Source: an uncultured Pseudomonadota bacterium
Lineage (GTDB): Bacteria; Myxococcota_A; Polyangia; Fen-1088
DNA: 64,000 nucleotides
NCBI GenBank assembly: GCA_963847705.1
Contig: CAWKBC010000030.1
Coordinates: 384,001 to 448,000, forward strand
Direction: 5' to 3'
Part shown: piece by piece, positions 47,169 to 56,823 of the stretch
How the letters are laid out: each line of letters starts with the position of its first letter
Position numbering within the stretch: the stretch's first letter is position 1
Program-made: the position numbers and the translations under genes
The notes under the pieces: generated by a model
The model's database searches: none
What the model saw: the letters and a program-made list of their open reading frames with translations, nothing else
What the model was told of the DNA's origin: nothing

Positions 47169-49631
47169 TTGCTGCCGCCGCCTCTCCCGCCCGGTCTGGG
47201 CGGTCCGCCGCGCCTCGAGCCCCCGGGGCCGGCCGAGCGCGCGCGGGCTGGCGCGCAGGCCTTCCTGGCGGCCCACCGCCGGGCCAGCATCGCCGGGGCT
47301 GTGGCGCTGGTCCTGCTGGTCTTCTACCCGTTCGTGATCGGCGCCCTGGCGGCCCACCTCTGTGAGAGCCGTCTGTCGGCGAAGCTCGGGCGGGCGGTCA
47401 CCGTGGCGCACGGCCGCGGCGGCTTCGGCCGGATCGTGCTCGAGGACGTCACCATCCCCGGGGCGGCCGGCGGGCCCCCGCTGGCGACGATCGCGCGCCT
47501 CTCGATTCCGTTCGGCGCGGCGCTCGGCCTGCGCAGCACGGTCGAGGTGAGCGGCCTGCGGGTCCACGCGGTGCGCGGCGGCGACGAGGACAACCTCGAC
47601 GCGATCCTGGCCACCCTCCGCGGCCACGGGCATCACGACGCCGCGGCCCCCGAGGACGGCGAAGCCCCGAGGTCCGAGGGCGGCGGCTCGCGTCTTCCTG
47701 ACATCACGCTGACCGGCGCCTCGATCGAGGCGCGCGACGAGGGGAGCCACCTGCACGTCGCCATCGCCAGCCTCGACGGCGAGATCCACCCGGGCGTGCG
47801 GATGGCGTTTCGCATGCACGCCGTGAACGGCGGCCTGGCCTTCGGCGGCGAGGGCGCCGGGCCGCGCTTCGGCGCCGAGGAGCTCGACGTGGAGACGCCG
47901 CTCGCCGGGATGCGCCCCACGGGAATCCCCTCGCTGCGGGTGGCCGGGGGCGAGACCTCGCCGCTGCCGCAGCTGGCGCTCACCGGGATCGCGGGGGTGA
48001 TCGGCCCGCCGCCGGCGGGCGTCTCCGGCGCGGCCGGCGGTCTGGTGATCGATCTGCGCGGCAGCTACGGGGGCGCGCACGAGGCGCTCTGGACGGCCAA
48101 GGGGCACGCCGATCCGGCGCACGGCACCGGCACGCTGGCCCTGCGCGCCGAGCAGTTCTCGCTGGGGCGCATCGCGGACGTGCTCCCCAAGTCGGTGCTG
48201 GCGCCCGAGAACACCACCCTCGACGCGGCGCTGGATCTCGACTGGCTGGGGGACGCCGTGAAGTTCGGGGGTGAGCTGGCGGTGGTGGGCCTGTCGCTGC
48301 AGAGCGACGCGCTGGCCGCCGATCCGGTCCAGAACGTCTCGCTGGGGATCACCATGCGCGGCACCGTCTATCCGGCGGCGCGCCGGCTGGAGCTGGAGCG
48401 GGCCGAGGCGCGGGTGCGCGACGTCACCGCGCGCCTGGCCGGGCACATCGCCATGCCGTCGGGGACGTTCCGCTTCACCAACGGCAAGTCGCTGAGCGTG
48501 GTCCCCGACATCGATCTGCACTTCTCGGTGCCGCGGGTGGCCTGCGCCAAGCTGCTCTCCAGCATCCCGAGCGCGCTGGTGCCGCGCCTGCAGGGGTTCG
48601 TGCTGCAGGGGTTCTTCGCCGCCGACGTCGGCGCGAAGATCGACTTCGCCCACCTCGACGACCTCGATCTGACCGGCAAGGTCGGCATCGACGGCTGCAA
48701 GGTGGTGAAGGCCCCCGACGACGTCAAGGCGCTGGCCAATCCGGAGACGCTGGTGATCAACGTCGACGTCCCCAAGCTGCCCGGCAGCCCGCCCGGCGAG
48801 ACCGACACCATCCCGGTGGTGGTCGGCCCCGACAACCCCGACTTCGCGCCCTACGATCAGATCTCGCCCTACCTGGTCGGCTCGATCATGACCACCGAGG
48901 ACAACGGGTTCTTCAAGCACCACGGCTGGGTCAGCTCGGAGTTCAAGAGCGCGCTGCGCCGCAACCTGCAGGGGGGCGGATTCCGGCTGGGGGCGTCGTC
49001 GATCACCATGCAGATGACGAAGAACGTCCTTCTGACCAAGGACAAGACGCTGTCGCGCAAGCTCCAGGAGCTGTTCTTGGTCTGGTACCTCGAACAGGAG
49101 CTGCCCAAGGAGCGGATCCTCGAGCTCTATTTCAACGCCATCGAGTTCGGACCGCGCATCTACGGCATCGGCGCCGCCACCCGGCACTACTTCGGCAAGA
49201 AGCCGGCCGATCTCACCCCGCTGGAGGCGGCCTTCTTCTCGTCGATCCTGCCGTCGCCCAAGCGGCGCTACGTCCAGTACTGCCACGGCTCCCTGTCCCC
49301 GCAGTGGGATCGCTACGTCCGGCGGATCCTGGGCAAGGTGCACGAGCGCGGGCGGATCACCGACGACGAGTACGCCGCGTATTCGGCGCAGCCGTTCGTG
49401 TTCGACCGGAGCGAGGCCAGCTTCACCGAGAAGCAGTGCCTCGATTGGGTCAAGAACATGGCGCCGCCCAAGACGGAGCCCGAGACGCCCCCCGATCTCG
49501 ACGAGGGTGACGCCGACCATGACGGCACCGGCTGGTCGCAGAAGAAGCTGGGGCGGCTGTTTTCACGCGCCGTCGCCCACCACACGCCGGCGGCGCCGGC
49601 GTCGAAACCGATCGTCGCGCGCACGCACTGA
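47169..49631 (+). CDS. Monofunctional peptidoglycan transglycosylase (GT51) with a long N-terminal beta-rich extension
   Basis: TM near the N-terminus; EDNGFFKHHG, GASSITMQMTKN, RKLQE, KERILELYFN; no transpeptidase domain; start uncertain. Confidence 0.85.
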   Translation: MLPPPLPPGLGGPPRLEPPGPAERARAGAQAFLAAHRRASIAGAVALVLLVFYPFVIGALAAHLCESRLSAKLGRAVTVAHGRGGFGRIVLEDVTIPGAAGGPPLATIARLSIPFGAALGLRSTVEVSGLRVHAVRGGDEDNLDAILATLRGHGHHDAAAPEDGEAPRSEGGGSRLPDITLTGASIEARDEGSHLHVAIASLDGEIHPGVRMAFRMHAVNGGLAFGGEGAGPRFGAEELDVETPLAGMRPTGIPSLRVAGGETSPLPQLALTGIAGVIGPPPAGVSGAAGGLVIDLRGSYGGAHEALWTAKGHADPAHGTGTLALRAEQFSLGRIADVLPKSVLAPENTTLDAALDLDWLGDAVKFGGELAVVGLSLQSDALAADPVQNVSLGITMRGTVYPAARRLELERAEARVRDVTARLAGHIAMPSGTFRFTNGKSLSVVPDIDLHFSVPRVACAKLLSSIPSALVPRLQGFVLQGFFAADVGAKIDFAHLDDLDLTGKVGIDGCKVVKAPDDVKALANPETLVINVDVPKLPGSPPGETDTIPVVVGPDNPDFAPYDQISPYLVGSIMTTEDNGFFKHHGWVSSEFKSALRRNLQGGGFRLGASSITMQMTKNVLLTKDKTLSRKLQELFLVWYLEQELPKERILELYFNAIEFGPRIYGIGAATRHYFGKKPADLTPLEAAFFSSILPSPKRRYVQYCHGSLSPQWDRYVRRILGKVHERGRITDDEYAAYSAQPFVFDRSEASFTEKQCLDWVKNMAPPKTEPETPPDLDEGDADHDGTGWSQKKLGRLFSRAVAHHTPAAPASKPIVARTH

Positions 49632-49694
49632 TCGCCGTCGGTTGGTTCTCCTGGTCACCGGGCGCCCTGCGATCGCGGTGCTAGGCTGGGGCGC

Positions 49695-50372
49695 ATGAGC
49701 GCATCCTCGGCACGCACAGCCCTGGTGGTGGGAGCCAACCGCGGCATCGGCCTGGCCCTCTGCAAGCGGTTCAAGGTCCTCGGGCGCGAGGTGATCGCCG
49801 CCGGCCGCCGCTCGTCGTCGGCGCTCGACGCGCTGGGCGCGCGCGTGGAGCTGGGCGTCGACGTCACCACGGACGCCGGCGTCGCCGCGCTGGCCCAGCG
49901 CCTGAAGGGGGTCGTGCTCGACGAGCTGGTCTGCAACGCGGGCATCCTGCGCGAGGACGATCTGGACGGCGTCCACCTCGACGACGTCCGGGCCCAGCTC
50001 GAGGTCAACGCGCTCGGTCCGTTGCGGGTGGTCAAGGCGCTGCGCAAAAACATCCGCCCTGGCGGCAAGCTGGCGCTCATCACCAGCCGCATGGGCTCGA
50101 TCGCCGACAACGGCTCGGGCGGCTACTACGGCTATCGGATGTCCAAGGCCGCGCTCAACGCCGCCGGCATGTCGCTGGCGCGCGATCTGCGCGGCGCCGG
50201 GATCGCGGTGGCGATTCTGCATCCCGGCTACGTGCGCACCGACATGACCGAGGGGAGCGGCACCGTCGACCCCGACACCGCCGCCAAGCAGCTGGTCGAC
50301 CGCCTCGACGCCCTCAGCCTGGAGACCACCGGCACGTTCTGGCACGCCAACGGCCAGATCCTCCCCTGGTAG
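49695..50372 (+). CDS. Short-chain dehydrogenase (C-factor/CsgA-like subfamily)
   Basis: GANRGIG, NAGI, TSRMGSI, YRMSKAALN, HPGYVRTDM. Confidence 0.88.
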   Translation: MSASSARTALVVGANRGIGLALCKRFKVLGREVIAAGRRSSSALDALGARVELGVDVTTDAGVAALAQRLKGVVLDELVCNAGILREDDLDGVHLDDVRAQLEVNALGPLRVVKALRKNIRPGGKLALITSRMGSIADNGSGGYYGYRMSKAALNAAGMSLARDLRGAGIAVAILHPGYVRTDMTEGSGTVDPDTAAKQLVDRLDALSLETTGTFWHANGQILPW

Positions 50373-50375
50373 GGC

Positions 50376-51563
50376 TCAGCGCGCGGTGAGCCGGACGATG
50401 AGCCAGATCGTGCCGAACAGGCCGATGAGGCCCGACCCGAGCTGAAGGCCCCAGCGCTCGAACGCCCGCGGGGCGCGGCGCGCGCAGGCGACGACGATCG
50501 GCAGCGCCAGGCCGACCACCAGCAGCTGGCCGAGCTCGACGCCGAGATTGAAAGAGAGCAGGGACAGCAGGAGGCCGCGGCGTGGCAAGCCGATCTGGCG
50601 CAGCACCGAGGCGAACCCCAGGCCGTGCACGAGGCCGAAGCCGAACACCAGCAGCCAGCGTCCGTATCTTGCTCGCGGCGCGCGCGGCACCAGGTTCTCG
50701 AAGCCGACGTAGGCGACCGAAAAAGCGATGGCCGGCTCGACCCAGCGGGTGGAGAGCCATCCCGGGCGGAGGACCTGCGTGATGAGCGTGAGCGAATGCG
50801 CGACGGTGAAGGCGCTGACGATCGCCACCGTGCCGCGCACCGCCTGGCGGGGCGTCGCCGCTTCCGCGACGGCGTTTCCGCGGGTCGACGTTCGCGTCCG
50901 GAGCCCGGCGGCCAGCAACAGCGCCATCAGGAACGACAGGTGATCGTAGCCGGTCAGGATGTGCGCCACGCCGAGCCGCAGATAGAGAAGCGCGCTCCGC
51001 CAGAGCGGCGCCGGGAGGCGCACGTCGACCGCGATCTCGTGCGCCAGATTGTGGAACACGATCGACGAATCCGAGGGGTCGTCGCTGCCGGCCGCCTCCC
51101 CCAAGAAGAGCCGCGTGTAGCTGGCGTGGTACGGATCGTGGTCGAAGAACAGGTCGTAGCGCAGGTGCAGCGTCCGCGCGTCCGGCCCGCAGGCGAAGCG
51201 CTCGACGAAGACGGAGATCGGCTCGGGCCCGTTCGACCCTGGTGGCAACGGGGGCGCCGTCGGGTCGGGGCCGAGCGCACTCAGCCGCGGCGTACAGAGG
51301 TGCGTCTCCCCCCCGGCACCGGTGGCCGCCACCCGCAGTCCGCCGCGCAGGATCTCCTCCCCGCGCGGCTGCCGATCGCCGAGCAGGCGGGCGAGCTCGA
51401 GCGTTCGAATGCGCAGGCGCCAGGTCAGATCGGCGCCGTCGGGGCTCGCGGCGGGATAGGCGATCTCGCCGAACGTCGTGGTCTGCTGGTGGGCGAGGGC
51501 GGGCGCGCTGCCACCGACGACCAGCCAGAGCGCGGCTGCAATCGCCGACGGCGCGCGTTTCAT
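50376..51563 (-). CDS. HupE/UreJ-2 family membrane protein
   Basis: Signal peptide ALA-H, LGVAHILTGYDHLSFL, AFTVAHSLTL, FGLVHGLGFA, FNLGVELGQ. Confidence 0.88.
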   Translation of the reverse strand: MKRAPSAIAAALWLVVGGSAPALAHQQTTTFGEIAYPAASPDGADLTWRLRIRTLELARLLGDRQPRGEEILRGGLRVAATGAGGETHLCTPRLSALGPDPTAPPLPPGSNGPEPISVFVERFACGPDARTLHLRYDLFFDHDPYHASYTRLFLGEAAGSDDPSDSSIVFHNLAHEIAVDVRLPAPLWRSALLYLRLGVAHILTGYDHLSFLMALLLAAGLRTRTSTRGNAVAEAATPRQAVRGTVAIVSAFTVAHSLTLITQVLRPGWLSTRWVEPAIAFSVAYVGFENLVPRAPRARYGRWLLVFGFGLVHGLGFASVLRQIGLPRRGLLLSLLSFNLGVELGQLLVVGLALPIVVACARRAPRAFERWGLQLGSGLIGLFGTIWLIVRLTAR

Positions 51564-51620
51564 CGCGGCCCATAGTAGCCGACAGTCGAGGGCCGGCGCC
51601 GCCGCTGGTCGCGCGGCCCG

Positions 51621-52397
51621 TTAGCCGGCGCGCGCGACCGGCGTGGCGCGGCGATGGCGCCGCGGCATCTGTATCACCAGGACGGTGGCGTCCTCGGTGG
51701 CGCGTGCGTCCGAGCCGAGCAGCGCGCCGCAGATGCTCTCCGAGCCGTGACGCGCCCGCGCCAGGCGCTCCAGGAGCGCGTGCTCTCCCAGCTGATCACC
51801 CGCGGTGGCCAGGCGATCGGTGATGCCGTCGGTGACCAGCACCAGCGCGTCCTCCGGCGCCAGCTCGACCGACGTCTCCTGATAGACCTGCGCCGACAGG
51901 ATCCCCAGCGCCAGCCCCACCGCGTGCGGGAGCTCTTCCGCGCCGCCGGCCGCGCGCTTGACGAAGGGACCGAGGTGCCCCGCGCTGGCGATCTCCGCCC
52001 GTCCGGTCACCACGTCGATGCGCACGCAGATGGCGGTCACGAAGCGATCGTCGATCCGCTGCGCGACGATCCAGTCGTTGAGCGCCGCCAGCACCGCGCC
52101 CGGCGCCTCGCCGCGCGCGATCGTCTGGCGCAAGATCCACCGCAGGCTGCTGACCGGCGCCGCCGCGCTCGGTCCGTTGCCGCAGACGTCCGCCATCACC
52201 ACGGTGACCCGTCCGTCGCGCTGCTGGATCACCTCGAAAAAGTCGCCGCCGTTCCCCGCCGGCGCTGATTGCTTGGCGGCGACGTTCAGCCGGCTCCAGG
52301 TCGGCAGATGAATCGGCGCACCGGCACGCGCCCCCTCGCGAACGACACCCGCCGCAGCCACCATGTTCCCCCTCCCCGCTTCTTCCATCTCAGCCAT
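51621..52397 (-). CDS. Stand-alone PP2C/SpoIIE-type Ser/Thr phosphatase
   Basis: GGDFFE, ADVCGNG, ASAGH, VTDGITD, EDATVLV; exact start uncertain. Confidence 0.85.
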   Translation of the reverse strand: MAEMEEAGRGNMVAAAGVVREGARAGAPIHLPTWSRLNVAAKQSAPAGNGGDFFEVIQQRDGRVTVVMADVCGNGPSAAAPVSSLRWILRQTIARGEAPGAVLAALNDWIVAQRIDDRFVTAICVRIDVVTGRAEIASAGHLGPFVKRAAGGAEELPHAVGLALGILSAQVYQETSVELAPEDALVLVTDGITDRLATAGDQLGEHALLERLARARHGSESICGALLGSDARATEDATVLVIQMPRRHRRATPVARAG

Positions 52398-52582
52398 AGA
52401 ACGCCTACCCCCCGCCAGAATTTCCGGTCCCAGCCGTCGTCACGATGCGTACAAGCTATCTCAACCATTTACAGGTTTAAAGACTAAAAAACTGTATTTT
52501 ACGTTAACATTTAATCAAGGCGAATTTGTTTCGGGCAGGCTGAGACCGAAACCGCAAGAGTATCCCCGGCTTCGCCCCGGAG

Positions 52583-52651
52583 AGCGGCGCCGTGAGGCGA
52601 CGGTGAGCGGAGCGAACCATGCCGGTCGACGTGGCGCCGGAGGCGGCCCAG
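52583..52651. repeat. Structured intergenic repeat, family B copy 2
   Basis: CGCC-GTGA-GGCGACGGTGAGCGGAGCGAACCATG...CGACGTGGCGCCGGAGGCGGCC; matches 1926-2006. Confidence 0.65.
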
Positions 52652-52695
52652 CCCAGGAGGGCGCGTGACGCCACGAGGTGGCGCCCAAAGGACGA

Positions 52696-55254
52696 CTACT
52701 TGAGGACGAGCTTGCCGCTGAGCTCGATCCTCTGGGAGGACGACCCCACCAGCAGCTCGAACGTTCCCGGTTCAGCCCGCCATGCTTTGGTCGCCACGTC
52801 GAAGTAGGACAGCGCGCGCCGGTCGAGCAGCAGCTGAACCCGCTTCGTCTCGCCGGGCGCGAGCTCGACCTTGGCGAACCCCTTGAGCTCCTTCGGCGGT
52901 CGAGGCACGGGCGCGTGGCGATCGCCGACGTAGAGCTGCGCGATCTCCGCGCCCCCGCGCCTGCCGATGTTGGTGACGTCGAAAGAGACCGTCACCGGCG
53001 CATCGCCGGCCATCGCCTCGGGAGTGATCTTCAGAGCGCCGTATTTGAAATGCGTGTACGAGAGGCCGTGGCCGAAGGGGAAGAGCGGCTTTCCGCCCGT
53101 CTTGTCGAAGTGCCGGTAGCCGAGAAAGACACCTTCTTTGTAGGCGATCCTCTTGTTGGCATCCGGGTAGTAGCTGGCGGCGACCGCGCTGTCTTCGAAC
53201 CGGCGCTCGAACGTGACCGGCAATTTCCCCGATGGGTTGACGTCGCCCAGAAGCACCTCGGCGAGCGCCGTGCCCCCTTCTTGACCGGGATACCAGCTCT
53301 CGATGACGGCCGGAACCTGGTCGATGAAGCGGGTCATGTCGACGCCGCCACCGGACGTCAGCGCGACGACCAGGCGCTTGTTGGCGGCGCGAACGGCGGC
53401 GATGAGCTCGTCCTGGCCCGCCGGGAGCTGAAAGGTCCGGTCGTACCCTTCGCTCTCGGTCATCGGCTCGAAACCGGCGGCCACCACCACCACGTCGGCG
53501 CGCGCGGCCAGGTCCTTCACCGCCGGATCGACGAAGGCGTCGGCGCGGCGCACGCCCAGGCCGACGCGCGCGTGGTGATCGCCGTGGAGGTACTCGAAAC
53601 GGATGGCGTAGGCCTGTCCCGCCCGGAGCGGCAGCGACGCAAAATTGATGGGCTGCGGCCCGCGCGCGCGATCGAGCAAGAGCTTGCCGTCGACGAAGAG
53701 CCGGTACTCGTCGAGACCGTAGCTGAAGGCGGCGAAGCGATACTCGCCCGAGGTCGGCGCAATGAACGCGCCGGTCCAGCGCGCCGACGATTGCTTGCGT
53801 GCGCCGGTCGGCCAGAAGTTGGGTTTGTCCCAGGCAAAGTTGACGTGCTCGTCGATGCGCGTGAGCACCGGCGCGCCCGCCAGCGCCGGATCGTCGAAGT
53901 ACTCGCCCTTGAGCCCGGGCTTCGCCCGCTTTCCGTCCTGGGTCGGGGCGGTGACGAACTCGGTCGTGTCGAAGATCTCCGCCAGCGTGGGGACGCCGTG
54001 GTGGACCAGCACGGTGGCGCTGCCGCGCAGCGCGTCTGCCAGCCCTTGCAGGAAGCTGGTCGCCGCCAGGGGCCGCACCTGCGCGCTGCCGCCGCCGACG
54101 GGGATTGCCGGGTAGGCGTTGGGGCCGATGAGCGCCACGGTCTTCAGCTTCTTCCTGTCGAGCGGCAGCAGCTCGCCGTCATTCTTGAGCAGCACCAGGC
54201 CGGCGCGGGCCGCCTCGAGCGCCACCGCGCGCCCCTCCTCGTTGTAGAGCGAGAGGCCGGGGTCGACGGCCGGGCGATCGAGCCAGCCGAAGCGAATCGC
54301 GGTGCGCAGGATCCGCCTGACCTTGTCGTCGATCGTCGCCTGCGAGACCTTGCCAGCCTTGATGGCTGGCAGCAGCGTCTCGCGGTTCATGAAGGTCGCC
54401 GAGGGCATCTCGAGGTCGAGGCCGGCGTTGGCGGCGGCGACGCCGTCGTAGGTGGCGTCCCAGTCGGACATGACGACGCCGTCGAAGCCCCACTCCTTCT
54501 TCACGAGGCCCTCGACGAGCGCGGCGTTCTCCGTCATGTGGAGGCCGTTCACCAGGTTGTACGAGGTCATGAGCGCGCCGACGTGCGCCTCTTTGACCGC
54601 GGCCTCGAAGGCCGGCAGATAGATCTCGCGCATCGTGCGCTCGTCGAGGTCGGAGCTGGTGTGGTGGCGATCGACCTCCGAGTTGTTGCCCAGGAAGTGC
54701 TTGATGGTGGCGCTCACCCCTTCGCCCTGCATCCCCTCGACGTACCCGACGGCCATCCGCGCCGCCAGGAACGGATCCTCCCCCAGGTATTCGAAGTTCC
54801 GGCCGCACATCGGGGCGCGGTAGATGTTCACGCCCGGCGCCAGCATGATCTGGACGCCGCGTGCGCGCGCGTCGCGCCCGATCATCGCGCCGACGCGGTG
54901 GGCGAGCGTCACGTCCCAGCTGGCGGCGAGGCCAATTCCAGCCGGATAGGCGGTCGAGGGGCCGACGTTGCGGACGCCGAACGGCCCGTCTGCCATCCGG
55001 AAGGCCGGCAGCCCCAGTCTTTTCACCGCCCGGATGTAGAAGCCGTCGGCGCCCCCCAGATAGTCGATCTTCTCGTCCAGCGTCATCTTGGCCAGCAACG
55101 CCTCGGCGCGCTCATCGATCTCGGCGGTGGTGGGGCTCGGGGTGGCGGTCACAGCGGCGGCTTTCGTCTGGAGGGCCCCGAGGTCGATGACGACGGCGAC
55201 GGCAACGGCGGTGGCGCTGCCGAGAACGATCGGCCACATCGGGCGGAAAATCAT
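52696..55254 (-). CDS. GH3 beta-glucosidase with PA14 insertion and Fn3-like C-terminus
   Basis: MADGPFGVR, GRNFEYLGEDP, KHFLGN, VMSDW, GLKGEYF PA14 start, ESEGYDR, FPFGHGLSYT. Confidence 0.92.
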   Translation of the reverse strand: MIFRPMWPIVLGSATAVAVAVVIDLGALQTKAAAVTATPSPTTAEIDERAEALLAKMTLDEKIDYLGGADGFYIRAVKRLGLPAFRMADGPFGVRNVGPSTAYPAGIGLAASWDVTLAHRVGAMIGRDARARGVQIMLAPGVNIYRAPMCGRNFEYLGEDPFLAARMAVGYVEGMQGEGVSATIKHFLGNNSEVDRHHTSSDLDERTMREIYLPAFEAAVKEAHVGALMTSYNLVNGLHMTENAALVEGLVKKEWGFDGVVMSDWDATYDGVAAANAGLDLEMPSATFMNRETLLPAIKAGKVSQATIDDKVRRILRTAIRFGWLDRPAVDPGLSLYNEEGRAVALEAARAGLVLLKNDGELLPLDRKKLKTVALIGPNAYPAIPVGGGSAQVRPLAATSFLQGLADALRGSATVLVHHGVPTLAEIFDTTEFVTAPTQDGKRAKPGLKGEYFDDPALAGAPVLTRIDEHVNFAWDKPNFWPTGARKQSSARWTGAFIAPTSGEYRFAAFSYGLDEYRLFVDGKLLLDRARGPQPINFASLPLRAGQAYAIRFEYLHGDHHARVGLGVRRADAFVDPAVKDLAARADVVVVAAGFEPMTESEGYDRTFQLPAGQDELIAAVRAANKRLVVALTSGGGVDMTRFIDQVPAVIESWYPGQEGGTALAEVLLGDVNPSGKLPVTFERRFEDSAVAASYYPDANKRIAYKEGVFLGYRHFDKTGGKPLFPFGHGLSYTHFKYGALKITPEAMAGDAPVTVSFDVTNIGRRGGAEIAQLYVGDRHAPVPRPPKELKGFAKVELAPGETKRVQLLLDRRALSYFDVATKAWRAEPGTFELLVGSSSQRIELSGKLVLK

Positions 55255-55545
55255 CGCCGCGAACGTAGCATGCAGATCACGCCGCGCGGGAGATCGTGGT
55301 GCTTCCGGTCGCGCGCCAAATCTTCGCCCCAAGGAATCAAATTTCGGTCTGGATTTGTCCCAACATTCGGATTCGTTCAGACCCAGCGTGCCAGGATGTA
55401 ACGAAGATCCCGTTTGGCGGACAACGACAGGCCACCCACCAGGGGGACCAGAACACAGGGATACTCGTTCACCTGCCGTTCTGCACGCGCCTCCGGCGGA
55501 CCCGTCCCCGAACGGGATTAAAAATGAAACGCGCGTCGGACCGCT

Positions 55546-55878
55546 TTACGCGGCTTTCTTCTGCTTCTTTGCGCGGCGGGCTTCGCGGTACTTCTTGATT
55601 TGGGCCTTGGGGATGTCCTTGTGCTTCGCACAAACCATTCCGAAGACCGGCGCAGCAGGGTTCTTGCATCCGGGAACCGGGCAGAGCTGCTTCGGTCCCT
55701 TCCTCCGGGGCTTCCTGCCCAGGTCGAGGCCAGCGGACAGCATCTTGGGTGGCCGGCCGGGTGAGCGTTTGCCCCCCAGCGCGTTCTCGACGGCCACGCG
55801 CGCGCGATCCAGCGCCTGACGTTCCATCAGGGAGCTGAGTTGATTGGCAAAATCTTCGATCAGAGTACGGATTGTCAT
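55546..55878 (-). CDS. Small basic protein with an AT-hook-like motif and C-x4-C-x11-C-x2-H
   Basis: MTIRTLIEDFANQLSSLMERQALDRARVAVENALG helix, KRSPGRPPK, CPVPGCKNPAAPVFGMVCAKH, Lys/Arg-rich tail. Confidence 0.8.
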   Translation of the reverse strand: MTIRTLIEDFANQLSSLMERQALDRARVAVENALGGKRSPGRPPKMLSAGLDLGRKPRRKGPKQLCPVPGCKNPAAPVFGMVCAKHKDIPKAQIKKYREARRAKKQKKAA

Positions 55879-56406
55879 CGGCGCGGATAATAGGCCCATA
55901 ATTTGGCAGCAAACAAGTGTTTGTAAAACGCAAGAGGGCGATTTTTAACTTCGGGCTCCCTCGTCACCGCCACTTGATCGTCGCCTTGGTCGGCATTTGC
56001 AGATTGCCAGCCGCACCGAATCGACGGAGATGTTGCGGTTCTCAGCGCCGAAATTGCGCTGTTTCCGCAGGTCCAGCGCTGTTGCGCGCAGAGGAGCGTG
56101 GACGTACGCAAATGTGAAAAAGTTTGCCTGTCCTTTCCGAATCAGGTTGCGCCTCAATCCGGTCTCGAATCGTACGAAACGACAACCTCACGCAATGAGC
56201 TATGGCGCGTTTCGGAGCGCGGGGGCTGGTGGTCGCAATTCGGTATGCATAAACGACCTGCATCAGATTTCTGATGTTCAACGCGCGCTTGACCGCCCCG
56301 GGCGCGGTCAACCGTCCCGATCGATCGCCGTCACGCCGATCCGATCGGCGGTGGCGCGCGCAGCGCAGGTGACGGCGATCAGTGCCCCGCCAACCCGCGC
56401 CCCCCG

Positions 56407-56732
56407 ATGGGGGGGAGGCGCTGGCGGCCTGCGTTCAGGCGATCGACAAGGCGCAGTTCTTGGTCGAGCCCGGCGCGCCGGCCGTCTCGGACCTGCTCCA
56501 GCGCGCGCGGCCGGATGAGGACCAGGCGAGCTCCGCGCTGGGGCTCGCCTGGTTTGGCGGTGGCAATCCCAAGGCCCGCTTCAACGCCGGCTACGGCGAT
56601 CGGCGGATGCCCTCCACCACCGACAGCACGGACATGACGAAATGGCAGAACGTGCCCACCGAATTCGACCAGAATCCCGAGGAGTTTCAGATTCTCTACG
56701 ACTGGGTGGCCCAGGGGGCGCTCGACAACTGA
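56407..56732 (+). pseudogene. 3' remnant of a larger gene (ends RRMP...LYDWVAQGALDN)
   Basis: Protein-like composition and codon usage up to TGA at 56732 but no credible start; the ending resembles C-termini of cytochrome-c-like domains. Confidence 0.5.
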
Positions 56733-56771
56733 CCCCGCGCGGCCCGCCTTGCCAGGGGCTTGCGAGGGGGG

Positions 56772-56788
56772 TTGAAAATGAATATCAA
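56772..56788 (+). promoter_or_regulatory. Fur-box-like operator
   Basis: TTGAAAATGAATATCAA, an AT-rich imperfect palindrome 35 nt upstream of ATG 56824. Confidence 0.6.
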
Positions 56789-56823
56789 TAGCGGTATCGA
56801 TTAGGACCGGTCAGGGAGCAGTC

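Noticed and set aside
49695-50372. Calling the SDR csgA (C-signal)
   Set aside because: This SDR subfamily is widespread; orthology to Myxococcus csgA cannot be shown from motifs alone
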